64,000 nucleotides of DNA from contig OZ024746.1 in assembly GCA_964016885.1 (NCBI GenBank), positions 92,938,001-93,002,000 of the forward strand, read 5' to 3'. The position numbers were made by a program, and so were the translations under genes. Positions 41,783-54,507 of the stretch are shown piece after piece. The notes below the pieces were generated by a model. It had not been told where the DNA came from. It saw nothing but the letters and a program-made list of their open reading frames with translations, and did not search any database. The DNA comes from Eledone cirrhosa. Lineage: Eukaryota. The first letter of the stretch is position 1; each line of letters starts with the position of its first letter.

Positions 41783-42477
41783 GTGAGTAAACAGTTTTAA
41801 TTTTAAAACCCTTAAAACCCAGAAATGTAATTTTTGGTCTCCTTTTGATTCTAAACTACCTGAAACTGACTCTGAATCCATGATATAAAACTGAATGCTG
41901 TAAAATGTTTATATTTATTTAAAAACCTTCCATCATAATGTTATGTACTCTCAGGTCTTGAATAATTGTCACCCACCACTTATTAATTTTTCATATTTTT
42001 TCCATCCATCCACTTATTAATTTTTGCTAATCTATCTCCGGCAAAATTTTACTTTAAGTGGAAGCATTCCTGCGACAATTAATTTTCTTTATACTTTAAA
42101 AAACATTATACATGACAAAAAAATGTACATTACTAGAAATCCCATACATTGTTAAATAAATAGGATGGGTCAGGGGGGGTCTTGATATGTAAACTAAATG
42201 ACTAATTCTGGTTTTTAAAAAAATCAACGAAGACAACCTAGAAAAATTATTGATTTTTTTTTTTTTTTTTTTTTTTTCCCCCATCACACACACTTATTTC
42301 AACCCCCCCCCCCCCCCCCACACTTATTCCACCGTCTGCTTATTCCACCCACTCCCACTTATTCCAACTCCCGCTTATTTCAGCTCCCTGCTTATTCCAA
42401 CTCTCGTTTATTCCAACCCCCCTTATCATTTGGAACCCAAGTGTTAATACATTTGTTTCAAACACCAGCTTAATAAT

Positions 42478-42815
42478 CATCATCATCATCATTTTACGTC
42501 CGCTTTTCCCTGCTTGCAAGGGTGCGACGGGAACTGATTCTGACTTGATTTCTACAGCTGGATGCCCCTCCTAACACCAACCTCATTTACAGTGAGTGCT
42601 GGGTGCTTTTTTTCCCGTGGCACCTACACGACCACTTTGCAGTGGAATGATAGGGACCCCTAGTCCTATCATCTCATTTCTACAGCTGAGTAAACTGGAG
42701 CAATGTGAAATAAAGTGTCTTGCTCAAGGAAACAACACATCACCCGGTCTGAGAATTGAACTCACAACCTTTTGATTGCAAGCCCAATGCTCTAACCACT
42801 AAGCCATGTGCCTCC
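42478..42815 (-). mobile_element. SINE family A copy
   Basis: Full-length copy with (CAT)n on the + strand; inserted into an AT-rich MITE. Confidence 0.9.
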
Positions 42816-43845
42816 ATGAGGTTGTTAATTATTTTACTAGATCCTTCAAATTCTTGATTATTTTCAAAACCATAGGGTGTCTTTCATCAGACTAATGCTA
42901 ATGAAATAGTTAACCAGTTTGACTTCTGATGATCACCCAATTAGTTATGAAACATACTTGTGTTTTTCTGTGTACAAAGAGAATAACAGAATGTTTTAAC
43001 ATTTGTTTACATTTTCACAGCATTTGGTCCAACACTCTACCGAATCTGTCAATTCACCATAATAATAATAATAATAATAATTGTTTCTTCTTTTGGTACA
43101 AGGCCAGCAATTATCCCAGTACATTACTGGTACTTTATTTTATGGACCCCGTAAGGATGAAAAGCAAAGTTAACCTCGGTGTGATTTTAACTCAGACCAT
43201 AAAGGGCCATAACTCTATGCTGCAAAGCATAGTGTCTGACGCTCTACCAATACTGCCAAACCACTGCCCATAATAATAATAATAAAAAAACAAGCATTTT
43301 CAAACGTTTTATGTTTTTTATTTGCTCAATGAGATGAAGGGATTTATTGATTGTAGTATTTTCTACTTAGCCACCCAAGATACTCCCACCCTAACCCCAC
43401 AAATATATTGATTATCTTATTGATCAACTTTCTGCAAGGTCCTCTCTCATACCTCCCATTATTTATAACTAGATATTGATGCATGTCTCTACATGTTTAC
43501 ATGAATAGCTGTTAAAACAGCTAAATGCTGTCAAAGATATCAATGGCCAAAAATGCCTGAGACCAGCCGCCAGTGGTCAACAGAGAGACAATCCACAAGA
43601 TGGGTAACTAGCAAATTAAATATAGAAAAGATTGAAAGAGGAAGAGGACAAGCTATTTTAACGGCTGTTCTAGAGATGAGTTTTCTCATTTTTATATGTA
43701 TTCAAAAGCACTCTGGCTTTGTCTCAATCAGAGACAACATTGTTTTTCATTTATATTATGTTTACATTGTTAGGTGTACATGCAGCAAAAATATCTCCCA
43801 CATTTTAAGGGTTGATCGTGTAAAATATGGGAGGTTTTTCTGCCA

Positions 43846-44267
43846 CACCATCATCACCGTTTTACATCTGTTCTTCCACACTAGCATGGGTTAGACAGGT
43901 TGTCCGGTTGGCTGACCTTGTCTTGCTCATACAGGAACTGATTCTGACTTGATTTCTACAGCTGGATGCCCTTCCTAACACCAACCTCATTTACAGTGAG
44001 TGCTGGGTGCTTTTTTTCCATGGCGCCTACACGTCCACTTTACAGTGAGTGCTGGGTGCTTTTTTGCCATGGCACCTCCACGACCACTTTGCAGTGGAAT
44101 GATAGGGACCCCTAGTCCTATCATTTCATTTCTACAGCTGAGTAAACTGGAGCAATGTGAAATAAAGTGTCTTGCTCAAGGAAACAACACATCACCCGGT
44201 CCGAGAATTGAACTCACAACCTTTTGATTGCAAGCCCAATGCTCTAACCACTAAGCCATGCGCTTTC
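43846..44267 (-). mobile_element. SINE family A variant (extra 48-bp module, alternative 3' tail)
   Basis: Same head and core; two ..ttacagtgagtgctgggtgc.. modules; tail catgggttagacagg differs from the other copies. Confidence 0.8.
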
Positions 44268-45361
44268 ATGTATTTATATAATGTTTTCAAGTTGTTTTAC
44301 CTTATGTTTACATATAGTTCTGATTGCATTGTTACAGTATGTTTACAGTACATTATATAAGACATTCCCTGGGTTGTACTCACTGTTACAGGGTTAACTT
44401 CTCCTCTCCCCACCCCCAACGCAGCCCCCAGCTGCTGGTATTTATTTTTGAGTGGACGAGAGCAACTTGAAATGAAGTGTCTTGTTAAAGGACCCAGCAC
44501 ACTACCTAGTCTGATAATCAAACCCATGACCTTATGAATGTGAGAGTAACACCCTAATCATGAGTCTACAGGCCTTCACAATAATTATAATTAGTTAGTT
44601 TAATCATCATCATCACCATTTACTGTCCATTTTCCAACGCTAGCTTGGGTTAGACAAGTTGTCCTGTTGTAAGAAATGCCAGGTCAGGTGACCATGCTTT
44701 GCTCATACAGAACTGCTTTTGGCTTGGTTTCTACAGCTGGATGCCCTTCCTAACATCATAAATGTTAATACTTTAGTTATATGACCACAAACGCCTCTGA
44801 TATCTGATCCATTGATTTGAAGCTCATTTTATTTTTACTGCCATGAGGAAAAACACCCAGTCTATCCTATAAGATGGTAGTGCAAGTGGTTGGCACGAGA
44901 AAGGACATGCAACTGTAGAAACTAAGCCCAAAACAGAGTGTACAAGCAGGACGTGATCATTTGACCTATTTAGCCTCAGCACGCAATGACTTACCTAACC
45001 CACCCTAGTTTACCCAGGTCCACTGAAGTCCATGTAATTCAGCTATGATGATAGTAACTGATTTGCTAATTTTTAAAGTAGTTCTTAGCCTTTCATTTTA
45101 GATCAAGTACAACTGGAGCTTCGAAGTACATTAAGACTGAATGAAACTTGTATATTTATCAATAATAATATACTCTCTATTCCTTTATTGATATAATATA
45201 TTGATTTATTGATTATGTAAGACCATAAAATGGTTTTATAACCATACTGTTTGCTATAAACTTGTTTATTTGCCAAGTTCAATGTTTTTCAAAATCTTTA
45301 ATAGATAACTGTAGTCTACTGTCAAACTTAATCTTTATATTACTACAAAGACACACAGACA

Positions 45362-45886
45362 CGTTGTTACAGCTCAGTACTATGTAGGTTTAGTTTGCCC
45401 CCTACAAGTTTGCATCTCATTGGAGGTTTCTTGGGTATTTTAATGATAGTCCTCAGTCCTAGCATGCTTTTGTTATTACAGCTTGCACCTATGTAGATTT
45501 AACTGTTCCCCAATGAGGCTGCATCATATAGGTTTCTTTAGGGTTTTTATGATAGGAACCTCAGTTCTGCCATATTGTTACAGTTCACACCTATGTAAAT
45601 TATGTTGGCTTCCTACAAGCTTGTATCTCTCAGGCTTCTAGAGTGTTTTAACGATAGGGACCCCAATTCTAGCCTGTTGCTGCAGCTCACACCAAAGTAA
45701 ATTATGTTGGCCTCATACAAGCTTGTATATCACATGTTTTTTAAGTGTTTTAATGATAGGAGCCCCAGCCCTATTATGTTGTTGTTACAGCACATGCCTA
45801 AGTAGGTTTGGCTGGCCTTGTACAAGGTTGTATCTTATAGGAGTTTCCTTGGGTGTTTTAATGATAGGGACCACAATCCTATCATG
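45362..45886. repeat. Degenerate ~105-bp tandem repeat, ~5 units, SINE-associated
   Basis: tgttacagctcacacctatgta..caagcttgtatctc..gggtgttttaatgataggga..tcct repeated; runs into an inverted SINE core at 45900-46000. Confidence 0.75.
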
Positions 45887-46492
45887 AAAAGACAGGGGCT
45901 AAATATCAGTTGCTGCTGGTACTAATTTTTTTCTCAGCTGAGTGGACTGGAGCAACATGAAAGGAAGGGTTTTGCTCAAGGAAACAATGTGCCACCCATC
46001 ATCATTCTTTTCTATACTGATAGGTTAAATGAGACCTTTGGAGGCTTCTATGGTCACATGCCCTTGCTGATGCCCACTATTCTTTATTTTAAAACAATTG
46101 TATTTACAGCTGATCTCCATTGAACTAAGATGGACATAACCTTCACTGCTTGCTTTAGTGTTAATATCAATTGACTCACACACAGTTTCCATTTACTAAA
46201 TTCATTAATAAGGCATTAGTTAGCTCAAGTCTTCAGGCAAACATCTTAATCACAAAGCCATGCTTGAGCCTATTTGATTTAATTTAATTTCATCTTTAAA
46301 ATAATCAAGAATTTGTGGGATTTAATAAAATATTTATTTATTGATTTTTGTGATGCTGGTATTTAGAATGTCTTGGATGTTCTTGAAATTATGGAGGTGA
46401 GAACTCTAATTGAAATATAAACACATTAAAATGAATGTTTTGTATCACTCTGCCACTTCTTGAGTTGATCTTAGGTTGGTATAAAACAAAGG

Positions 46493-46728
46493 TTAACCCT
46501 TTCATGATTGCAATTCTAATGAAATACACTCTAGTTTAATTAATTAATGAAGAATTATGAGAGATTTACTAAAATGATAATTTCATTACTAAGATAGTAA
46601 CTTAATGTAAGGTTCTTATATAAAATTATGTTGGAAAATTTTAATATAAATAGAAAACCTTTAAAATGGGTGGATTTATTTCATAGAACCAGAGCTGGTT
46701 TTGGTTGGGTTGGTAACTAAAGGGTTAA
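46493..46728. mobile_element. Second, older AT-rich TTAACCC..GGGTTAA MITE family
   Basis: ttaacccttt...aaagggttaa ends; internal tatctaaaaaccttccatcataattttatgtaag motif recurs at ~5070, 13295, 18835, 18965, 41915, 47625, 59700, 59980, 63020. Confidence 0.55.
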
Positions 46729-46794
46729 ATGAAGTTAATCTGAACAGAAGAATTGAAATATATTTTGTTGCTATATGAAAGGCTTTGTGAATAC

Positions 46795-47115
46795 AAGTGG
46801 CTGAAATGGGGTTCCTCCGAAGGGTCTTTGGAGTAATGGACTCAATAGAGTGGGTAGCTCGGAGAACAGCGAGTCGCTCCATGTAGAGCTGCTACTTTTC
46901 TAAATTGAGAGATCACAGCTCCAATACTATGGGCATGTGACTAGAATGTCTCGGAAAAGAATTGCTGGACAGATTTTACGGGCAAAACCAATCAACAGGA
47001 GGGCCAGGGGTAGACTTTGAGCAAGACGGTTGGATAACATCCATGAACTTGGCTGGTCTTACTTGGGGATCCAGCCAGATCAGTTGGAAATGGTTGCTTC
47101 TGATAGGAATAAGTG
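46795..47115 (+). mobile_element. Degenerate RTE (Expander/Rex3-like) 3' fragment
   Basis: Translates VAEMGFLRRV...IERSQLQYYGHVTRM...RARGR with stops and frameshifts; homologous to 13995-14420 (-) and 6100-6245 (+). Confidence 0.75.
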
Positions 47116-49877
47116 GATGAAGAAAAGACATTACCTATAATTTACAAATAAATTTTTAAAATAATAAAAATTTGGAGGGATTTAGTAATATAACTTTCTA
47201 ATTATTAGGTTGGCGTTTGGAGTGTAACTTGAGAAAGATTCCTACATAAAATTGACAAACGTATACACTTTCAAATAAACACTTTTATTCGATAGAACCA
47301 GGGATGGTTTCAGGTGGCTTGTTATCAAAAGGGTTGAGGGAGCAAATAAAAGAGAATATTTGTAAAATTTCTTTTTAGGGGCATGGGAGGGATCTTTGTT
47401 TTGCTCTTTCTGTATATAATTAGTAGCAATTATCGTTATTTATGACTGATATTATTCTGTTAAAGCCAACTCGTTATAAGCAGACTTTCATGAGAATTAT
47501 AATAATTGTTAAAATTATTTGAAAATTATTTTTGAAAATAATCAAAATTTTGAGTGGATTTAGTAATATAACTAACATTGTTACAATTAAACTGGTGTTT
47601 GGAGCATTACTTAAACACTTTTACATAAAATTATGGTGAAAGGTTTTTAGATAAATATAAACACTTCAACTTAGTATCATAGATTCAGGGGTGGTTTTGT
47701 ACAGTTTGGTATCATCATCATCATCATTCATTTTCCATGCTAGCATGGGTTAGATGGGTTGTCCCATTTGAAGCAAGTTGAGTCAGGTGATTGTGTCTTA
47801 CTCATATAGAACTGTTTCTGGCTAGGCTTCTATGGCTGGATGCCCTTCTTATCACCAACAACATTTACAGTGTGTGCTGGGTGCTTTTTTATCGTGACAT
47901 CTACACAACCACTTTACAGTGTGTGCTGGGTACTTTTTGTCATGACACCTATACGACCACTTTACAGTGTGGGCTGGATATGTATGGTTTACAGTGTAAG
48001 AGTGGTGTGGACAGGAGAGGGTGGGTGGAGCTATAGTTGTTGAGAGGTGCCTACTAGATGTATCATTGAGTCATTGCGCATGTAAAAGTGTGTCTTCTGT
48101 ATCAAAACGGTTAATTCAGTTCTGGAATATTTAATCCAAGTTTTGATAGGTTACATCTGTTATTTATTTCAATTCTCCAGCACTTCTTCACACTGTATAA
48201 TATAGATCTTTGGTATTTACAATAGAATTGAGAATTAGTCAGGATTATAAACAGTTTTATCAAGTAGTACTCTGTGAGTGAAAAGGAGTTGTTGTTTTTT
48301 TTACTGCTTTTTTTCTTTTCTTTTTTTTTTAAAGATTTGCTATTGTTTTTCACTCATCCAATATGGTTGTGTGTATCCAGTTCAGAATAGGTACACCATA
48401 TCACTGCTTATCATAAGAGATGACTAGAAGGGTTGGCACCAAGAAGGGCATTTAGCTGTAAAATATTACCTCCCCAAAAGACTAAACCCTGCTAAAGTAG
48501 GGGTTAACCTTAAAATGATCGATATATTGTATGTACAGTACATGTGTGTGTGTATATATGTGCTGTGTGTATCCAGTTTAGAATAGATACACTATATCCC
48601 AGTACATTGTAAGAGGTGGCTGATAAGGACCCTATGATGTGTATGAACTCTGTCATGGTTCCCACATGGTTAATTCCTCCTTTAGTATTTAAACTGGCTG
48701 TATCCAGTCAGAATTCTCTCACCTCTTTCTGTTCAAACTGGCCATAACTAGCTACTCATACTGATATTAAAGTATTGTTCTCATGCTAAAGGGTTAAAAT
48801 GCTTCTTGGTACACTAAACAGGTTACTGCTATCTGAAGTTGAAGTCAGACTAAAATCTTTCTTTTATTCTTTCATTCAAAAGAAAGTGATAAAGTAAGTT
48901 CTATGGTTGATGTGATCAACTAAATGACTTAAAGGCAGTGTCCTAGCATGAGCACAGTTTAATGGCTGAAACCAGTAAAAGAATGAATGAAAACATGTTT
49001 GTGTGTGTGATTTAGGCACAAGGCCAACAACTTTGGGGGAGGAGAAAGTCGATTAAATTGACCTCAGTGTATTACTGGTACATTATTTTATCGACCCTGT
49101 CAGGATTAAAGGCAAAGTTAACCTCGGCGGAATTTGAACTCAGAACGTAAAGGGCCATAACACTATGCTGCAAAGTATGTTGTCTGACATTCTACTGATA
49201 CTGCCAGTTTTTCTGTGCTGGAATAGGTTGGATAAATTAAATACCAGACTATATCATTGTAACTTTAATATTTTAATAATCTATCCTAGTTTGGAGAGAT
49301 GAATAGTAGTAGTAGTAGTATGAACATAGCATTGAGAATATTAATCCTTTCCTATATTCTGTTATTAAGGGACAGATGGCCTGTTAGGAAAATGTGGGGA
49401 TAGGCTAAGAATTTCCTTTTTTTTTCTTAAATAAGTCTTTTACTGTGTTGAAGTGTGGCAGGATGTTTGTAATAAAGATTATCTGATAGGGAACTGCCAG
49501 CTCAGATTTCCTAATTCATTGCTAGTGTTTTATCTCTCACCACTGCAGATATCCTTGTTATCTCTATCTAACCCCAGCTGTGATGTCACATTTATTCTTT
49601 TACTGGTTTCAGTCATTACACTGCAAGCGATGCTGGGGCACTGCCATAAGGAGATTTTCGTAGATTATATCAACCTCAGTATTTATTTCTCAAATCTGCT
49701 ACTTATTTTATTAATCACTTTTTACCCCTTGAAATTGCTAAGTTATGGAACATAAATGCAGATACAGACACACATGCGAATGTAAACACACACGCACACT
49801 TATATATATGTATACAACGGGCTTCTGCAGTTTCTGTCTACCAAATTCCACTCACAAGGAATTGATCAAACTGAGAC

Positions 49878-50002
49878 CCCCCTCAGATGTTTTCACGGTG
49901 GCCTGGAGGCTATTCATAATGCTGCAAATGACGCCTTGGTCTGGCTGACTGGTCTCAACCTGCCTCTCTAGCTATTGTGCATATGTCATATGACAAGAAG
50001 AA
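49878..50002 (+). mobile_element. Possible LINE 3'-end fragment inserted in a SINE
   Basis: Reads FHGGLEAIHNAANDALVWLTGLNLPL*, like the C-terminus of RTEX-type LINEs; flanked by ctgaga on both sides inside a SINE. Confidence 0.35.
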
Positions 50003-50179
50003 TCTGAGATTATACTAGAAGACACTTGCCCAAGGTGCCACACAGTGGAACTGAACCTAATAACAATACAGCTGCAAAGCAAAATCCTTAACCACAGCCA
50101 TTCTTGCATGTATCTACTGGGATTATCTTGGTTTTCTCTGTGAAATACTAAAAGGATAAATTTGAAAATCTATTTAAAA

Positions 50180-50325
50180 CAGGCATGGGCAACCTTTTTC
50201 AAGCAGTGGGCCACATAAGATCTGGCTCATCATATAGCGGGCTGCACTACTAGAAAATCCAAGGCAGTTTTAAAATTAGGCATGCAATTCAGAAAGCCAA
50301 ACGGGCCACAGTTCATCCATGACTG
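50180..50325. mobile_element. Small hAT-like MITE
   Basis: CAGGCATGGGCAAC ... GTTCATCCATGACTG imperfect TIRs with internal gggccac motifs. Confidence 0.6.
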
Positions 50326-51468
50326 ATGTAACCCTTTATCATTTCCATTACTCTATATTTACTATCATATTTTCATAGTAAAGGCTTTACCTTGCATAAT
50401 ATTGAATCTATGAGATTTTGATATTATTTATTTTGAGAACAATACCTTAACATCAGTATGAGTGACCAGTTACAGCAAGTTTGAACAGGAGTGAGAGAAT
50501 TCTGGCTAGATATGGCTGGTTTAAATGCTAAAGGGTTAAAACTACAACTATTTTTCCTTACATCAAAATCTTCAAATTTCTCTTGTTTGTCTCTTTTCTT
50601 CCTACTTCCTTTTTCTCAAATTTGCATTTATATTAATTCTCTCTCTCCACCCATGCACCACACACATACTATTATATCTTATCTAACGGGCCTCCCACAC
50701 TCTTCTTCATTCATTTGGAGCTGCGAGGTAATTGAGTCTTTTTTTTTTTATCAAGAGGACATTTATATTTGGTTACCTTATATTTTGTTAGTTATTTCGG
50801 TAGTAAACCAATACTTTAGAATGAACCGTCACAATGGTTTGTAAATTGAGGTGAAATATAAATGTATAGGTGGGTGGAGGAGGGTGATAAGTGAAATAGG
50901 AAAGTGCAATAGGAAGTAAGAACAGGTTACAATACAAGACCTTATTGTCTTTGTTCCTATATCAGTGATAGTTTAAATCGGTAAAAGATACTTTTTTTTT
51001 TTTTTAAAAGCCCAAAAAGTAGTAATAGCAACTGTCAGTTTGGATTTACTTTTTCATGTTAAATATTCCTGCTAGAGTTGAATTTTGGAATAAATGTAGT
51101 TTGCTAAAGGTTAGAAAGTAGCTATTATATCTCTCCTCTTTTTGACACTCATATTTCCAAACAAAACTAGATTAATATATTAAGACTATAGTGATAACAA
51201 CTATATAAGTAATTTAAGGGTATTTCCTTTGCTAAAGCAAGGGTTAGCCTTGCAAACCCTCTGACTGGCTTCATAGATATCATCAGGTCCTATTTAGGGC
51301 AAACAATAATGAACAATACTGGAAAATATGGGGTTCATTTCCTCATAGCAGCTTCTTTTTCTGTCTTTTAAGGGTGTTCACCCTATTTTACAAACTATCT
51401 TTATAGCATTTCTGCACTTGAGCACTTTCTTTATACTTATATATTTATATACATGAATATATATATAG

Positions 51469-51654
51469 TTGTTTCTACTTTTGGCACAAGGCCAGCAATT
51501 ACCCAGTACATTACTGGTACTTTATTTTATTGACCCCGTAAGGATGAAAGGCAAAGTTAACCTCGACAGGATTTGAACTAAGACCGTAAAGGGACGTAAC
51601 TATGCTGGAAAGCATGGCGTCCGACCCTCTACCGATACTGCCAATTCATCGCCC
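51469..51654 (-). mobile_element. SINE family B copy (full length)
   Basis: Reverse complement of the family B sequence including the gggcg..ttggcagtatcgg head. Confidence 0.85.
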
Positions 51655-52359
51655 TTGAATATAAATATAGTAATTGTCTGATAAGTTTTTTTTTAAAGCC
51701 GGTACAATGTGATAGAAAATAGACAGGGCAAATGATGGTAAATGAAACAAAGCAAAGTGAAGTAATTTTTTATCCAGTGTATTATACCTTGATATTTCAG
51801 GGCTAATATCCTTTTTTTCACATGCAGGGCTGAAACAGTCTTAGATAAAACAAATGAATGATTTGACTTTTCTTCTGCAATATATATATATATATATAAA
51901 CAATACTTGGGATTCTTTTTTTTTTTTTTCTTCTTTTACTGGTTTATCATTAGACTGCAGCTATACTGGGGTACCACCTTGATAGTTTATCAATATATTA
52001 ACCCCAGTACTAAATTTTGTAGTTATTGTGGCTAATTTGTGTGTGTATTATTCAACAATTGAAAGTACAATTCCTCAGTTATGAATCAGTTTCAACTCCT
52101 TGGAGAATTTTTTGAGATGAAAACTGGTCAGAAAACTGGTCAGAGAAATTGTACCTTCAATTCTTAGTCTATATATAAACCTGTGTAGAATCTTGTATCA
52201 TCATCATCATCATAGTTTAACATCAATTTTTCCATGCTTGCATGGGTTAGATGGGTTGTCCATATTATAAGAAAAGCCTGGCCAGTTGACCGCGCCATAC
52301 CTTGCTCAAACAGAACTGTATTTGGTTGGGATTTTTACAGCTGGATGCCTTTCCTAACA

Positions 52360-52417
<58 letters not shown>

Positions 52418-54472
52418 ATATAATGTATCTGTGTTTGTTTATGTCCTGTAACTTTGCCTTTTGACAAAAATAAGTTTCACGTTTGAAAAAGTTTGAACTG
52501 AGGTCAATATATTGATTAAATCCTTTTCAAGTATTTCCCCAGCATGGCTACAGTCTAATTAAAAGAATTGTGTGTGTGTATTCTCTCTCTATCTCTCACA
52601 TAGAGAAGTGAATACTGTATTGGCCATATTTAGAACCTAGGTGATTCTACTGATGTTACTAAGGGATACGTGTAGGTAGATCTGTGGGATGGATGGAGAA
52701 GTGATATTTATACAGGTGACTAATAGAGGGATGCAACATTTTAGTGGAACCAAGATAGACATAGATTTGGTGGTTTAATGGAGTTAGTTGTGACTTCATA
52801 GATTATAGATAAATGAAGATAGCTGGAGAAATGCTAGTTTGGATATAGAATTACTGAACTAGATATGGTGATGGCACAGATAATGGTGATGATAGTGATA
52901 ATAATGATTTCTGATTTAGGCACAATTATGGGAGATGGGGAAAGTCGATTAAATCGACCCCAGTGTGTTACTGGTACTTTATTTTATCGATCTTGTAAGG
53001 ATGAAAAGCAAAGCTAACCTCAGCAGGATTTGAACTCAACGCAAAGGGTCGTAACTCAATGCCATATAGCATGTTGTCTGACACCCTGTCGATACTGCCA
53101 ATCCATCACCCTATAGTAGTGATCACCACCATCACCATACGTCCGCTTTTCCCTGCTTGTAAGGGTAGGACGGGTCCCCTTCAGGACAGCATTTCTCCAT
53201 TTGTCATGACGGTCCTTCGTCATCTGCTCTGTGAGCTTCAGCGATGTAAGGTCAGCTCTCACCACCTCCGCCCATATTTTCCATGGTCTTCCTCTACTGC
53301 GTCTTCCTTCCGTGATAATAGTGATAAGGATTCCTGATTTAGGCACAAGGCCAACTATTTTGGGGGGAGGGGAAAGTTAATTAAATTAACCCCAGTGTGA
53401 TACTGGTACTTTATTGTATCTACCTTGTAAGGATGAAATGCAAAGCTAACCTCAGCTGGATAATGATGATAATAGTATTTGTATATTGTCACTTGTTGGT
53501 TTTTGGTTTCCATATCTCCTCCTCACTCTCTTTCACTGCATCTTCGTATTCTTTTACTAATTTCTGTCATTAGACCAAGACCATGCTGTGGCACCATTTT
53601 AAAGGGATTTTAACCAATTGCATCAACTCCAGTATTTATTTATTTATTTATTTATTTCAAGTCTGGGTACTTGCCGTATATACTCAAATAGAAGTCAAGA
53701 AATATGTAAAAAAAAAAAAAAAAAAAAAATTGATAGTAAAATTGGTCCGCTTATAATTGAGGTGAATATTTTGTTGATTTTCAACAATTTCAAATTCTAT
53801 GTAAATAAGGTGCTAAGATATCTGGACTGATTATTTTACAATGAAATACTATTTTTCTACATTGACTACATCATTCTTATTTATGTATTCCCTTGAAAAT
53901 ATTTCCAACAAATTTCCATAATTTGAACTTATTAAAATAAATATATCTGACACGTGCGCATGCATGCACACTCACACACACACGCATAAATGTTTTTCTC
54001 TGACCTAATAATAGATTTTCTTTCAATCTTATGTAAGGTTGAAATCTTCTGGCTTGTGTTTTATGGCTCTTACTTGCTGTCTCACCCTCTCACTTACTGT
54101 CTTTGCATCTTCTACTCTATGAATCCCTATACAAAGTTCTCTAATTCAATCTCTTACTTTCACAGTACTCCTAGCATGTGAGTGGCCGGAAATAAACAAA
54201 TTTTCAAGTAACTTGTTGAAATTTTATAAAACAGATGAAATGGTAAAACAAAACCTATACTGACACTTAAAACATTTTAAATATCAAAATATTAAAACCT
54301 CATTAATATATTTTACACTCATGAGAATTTCAAAACCATGCCATCTAAACATGTGTTGATTAGCTGCCTTGGCTTATTAACAAGATTTGGATTTTTGCCC
54401 ATTTCTCAGAAGCAATGACAAAAATATAAACGCGCGCGCGCGCGCGCACACGCACGCACGCACGCGCACACG

Positions 54473-54500
<28 letters not shown>

Positions 54501-54507
<7 letters not shown>

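Noticed and set aside
45090-45130. Candidate next micro-exon after tttcattttag
   Set aside because: No convincing donor and the peptide does not resemble the PPP1R14 C-terminus.
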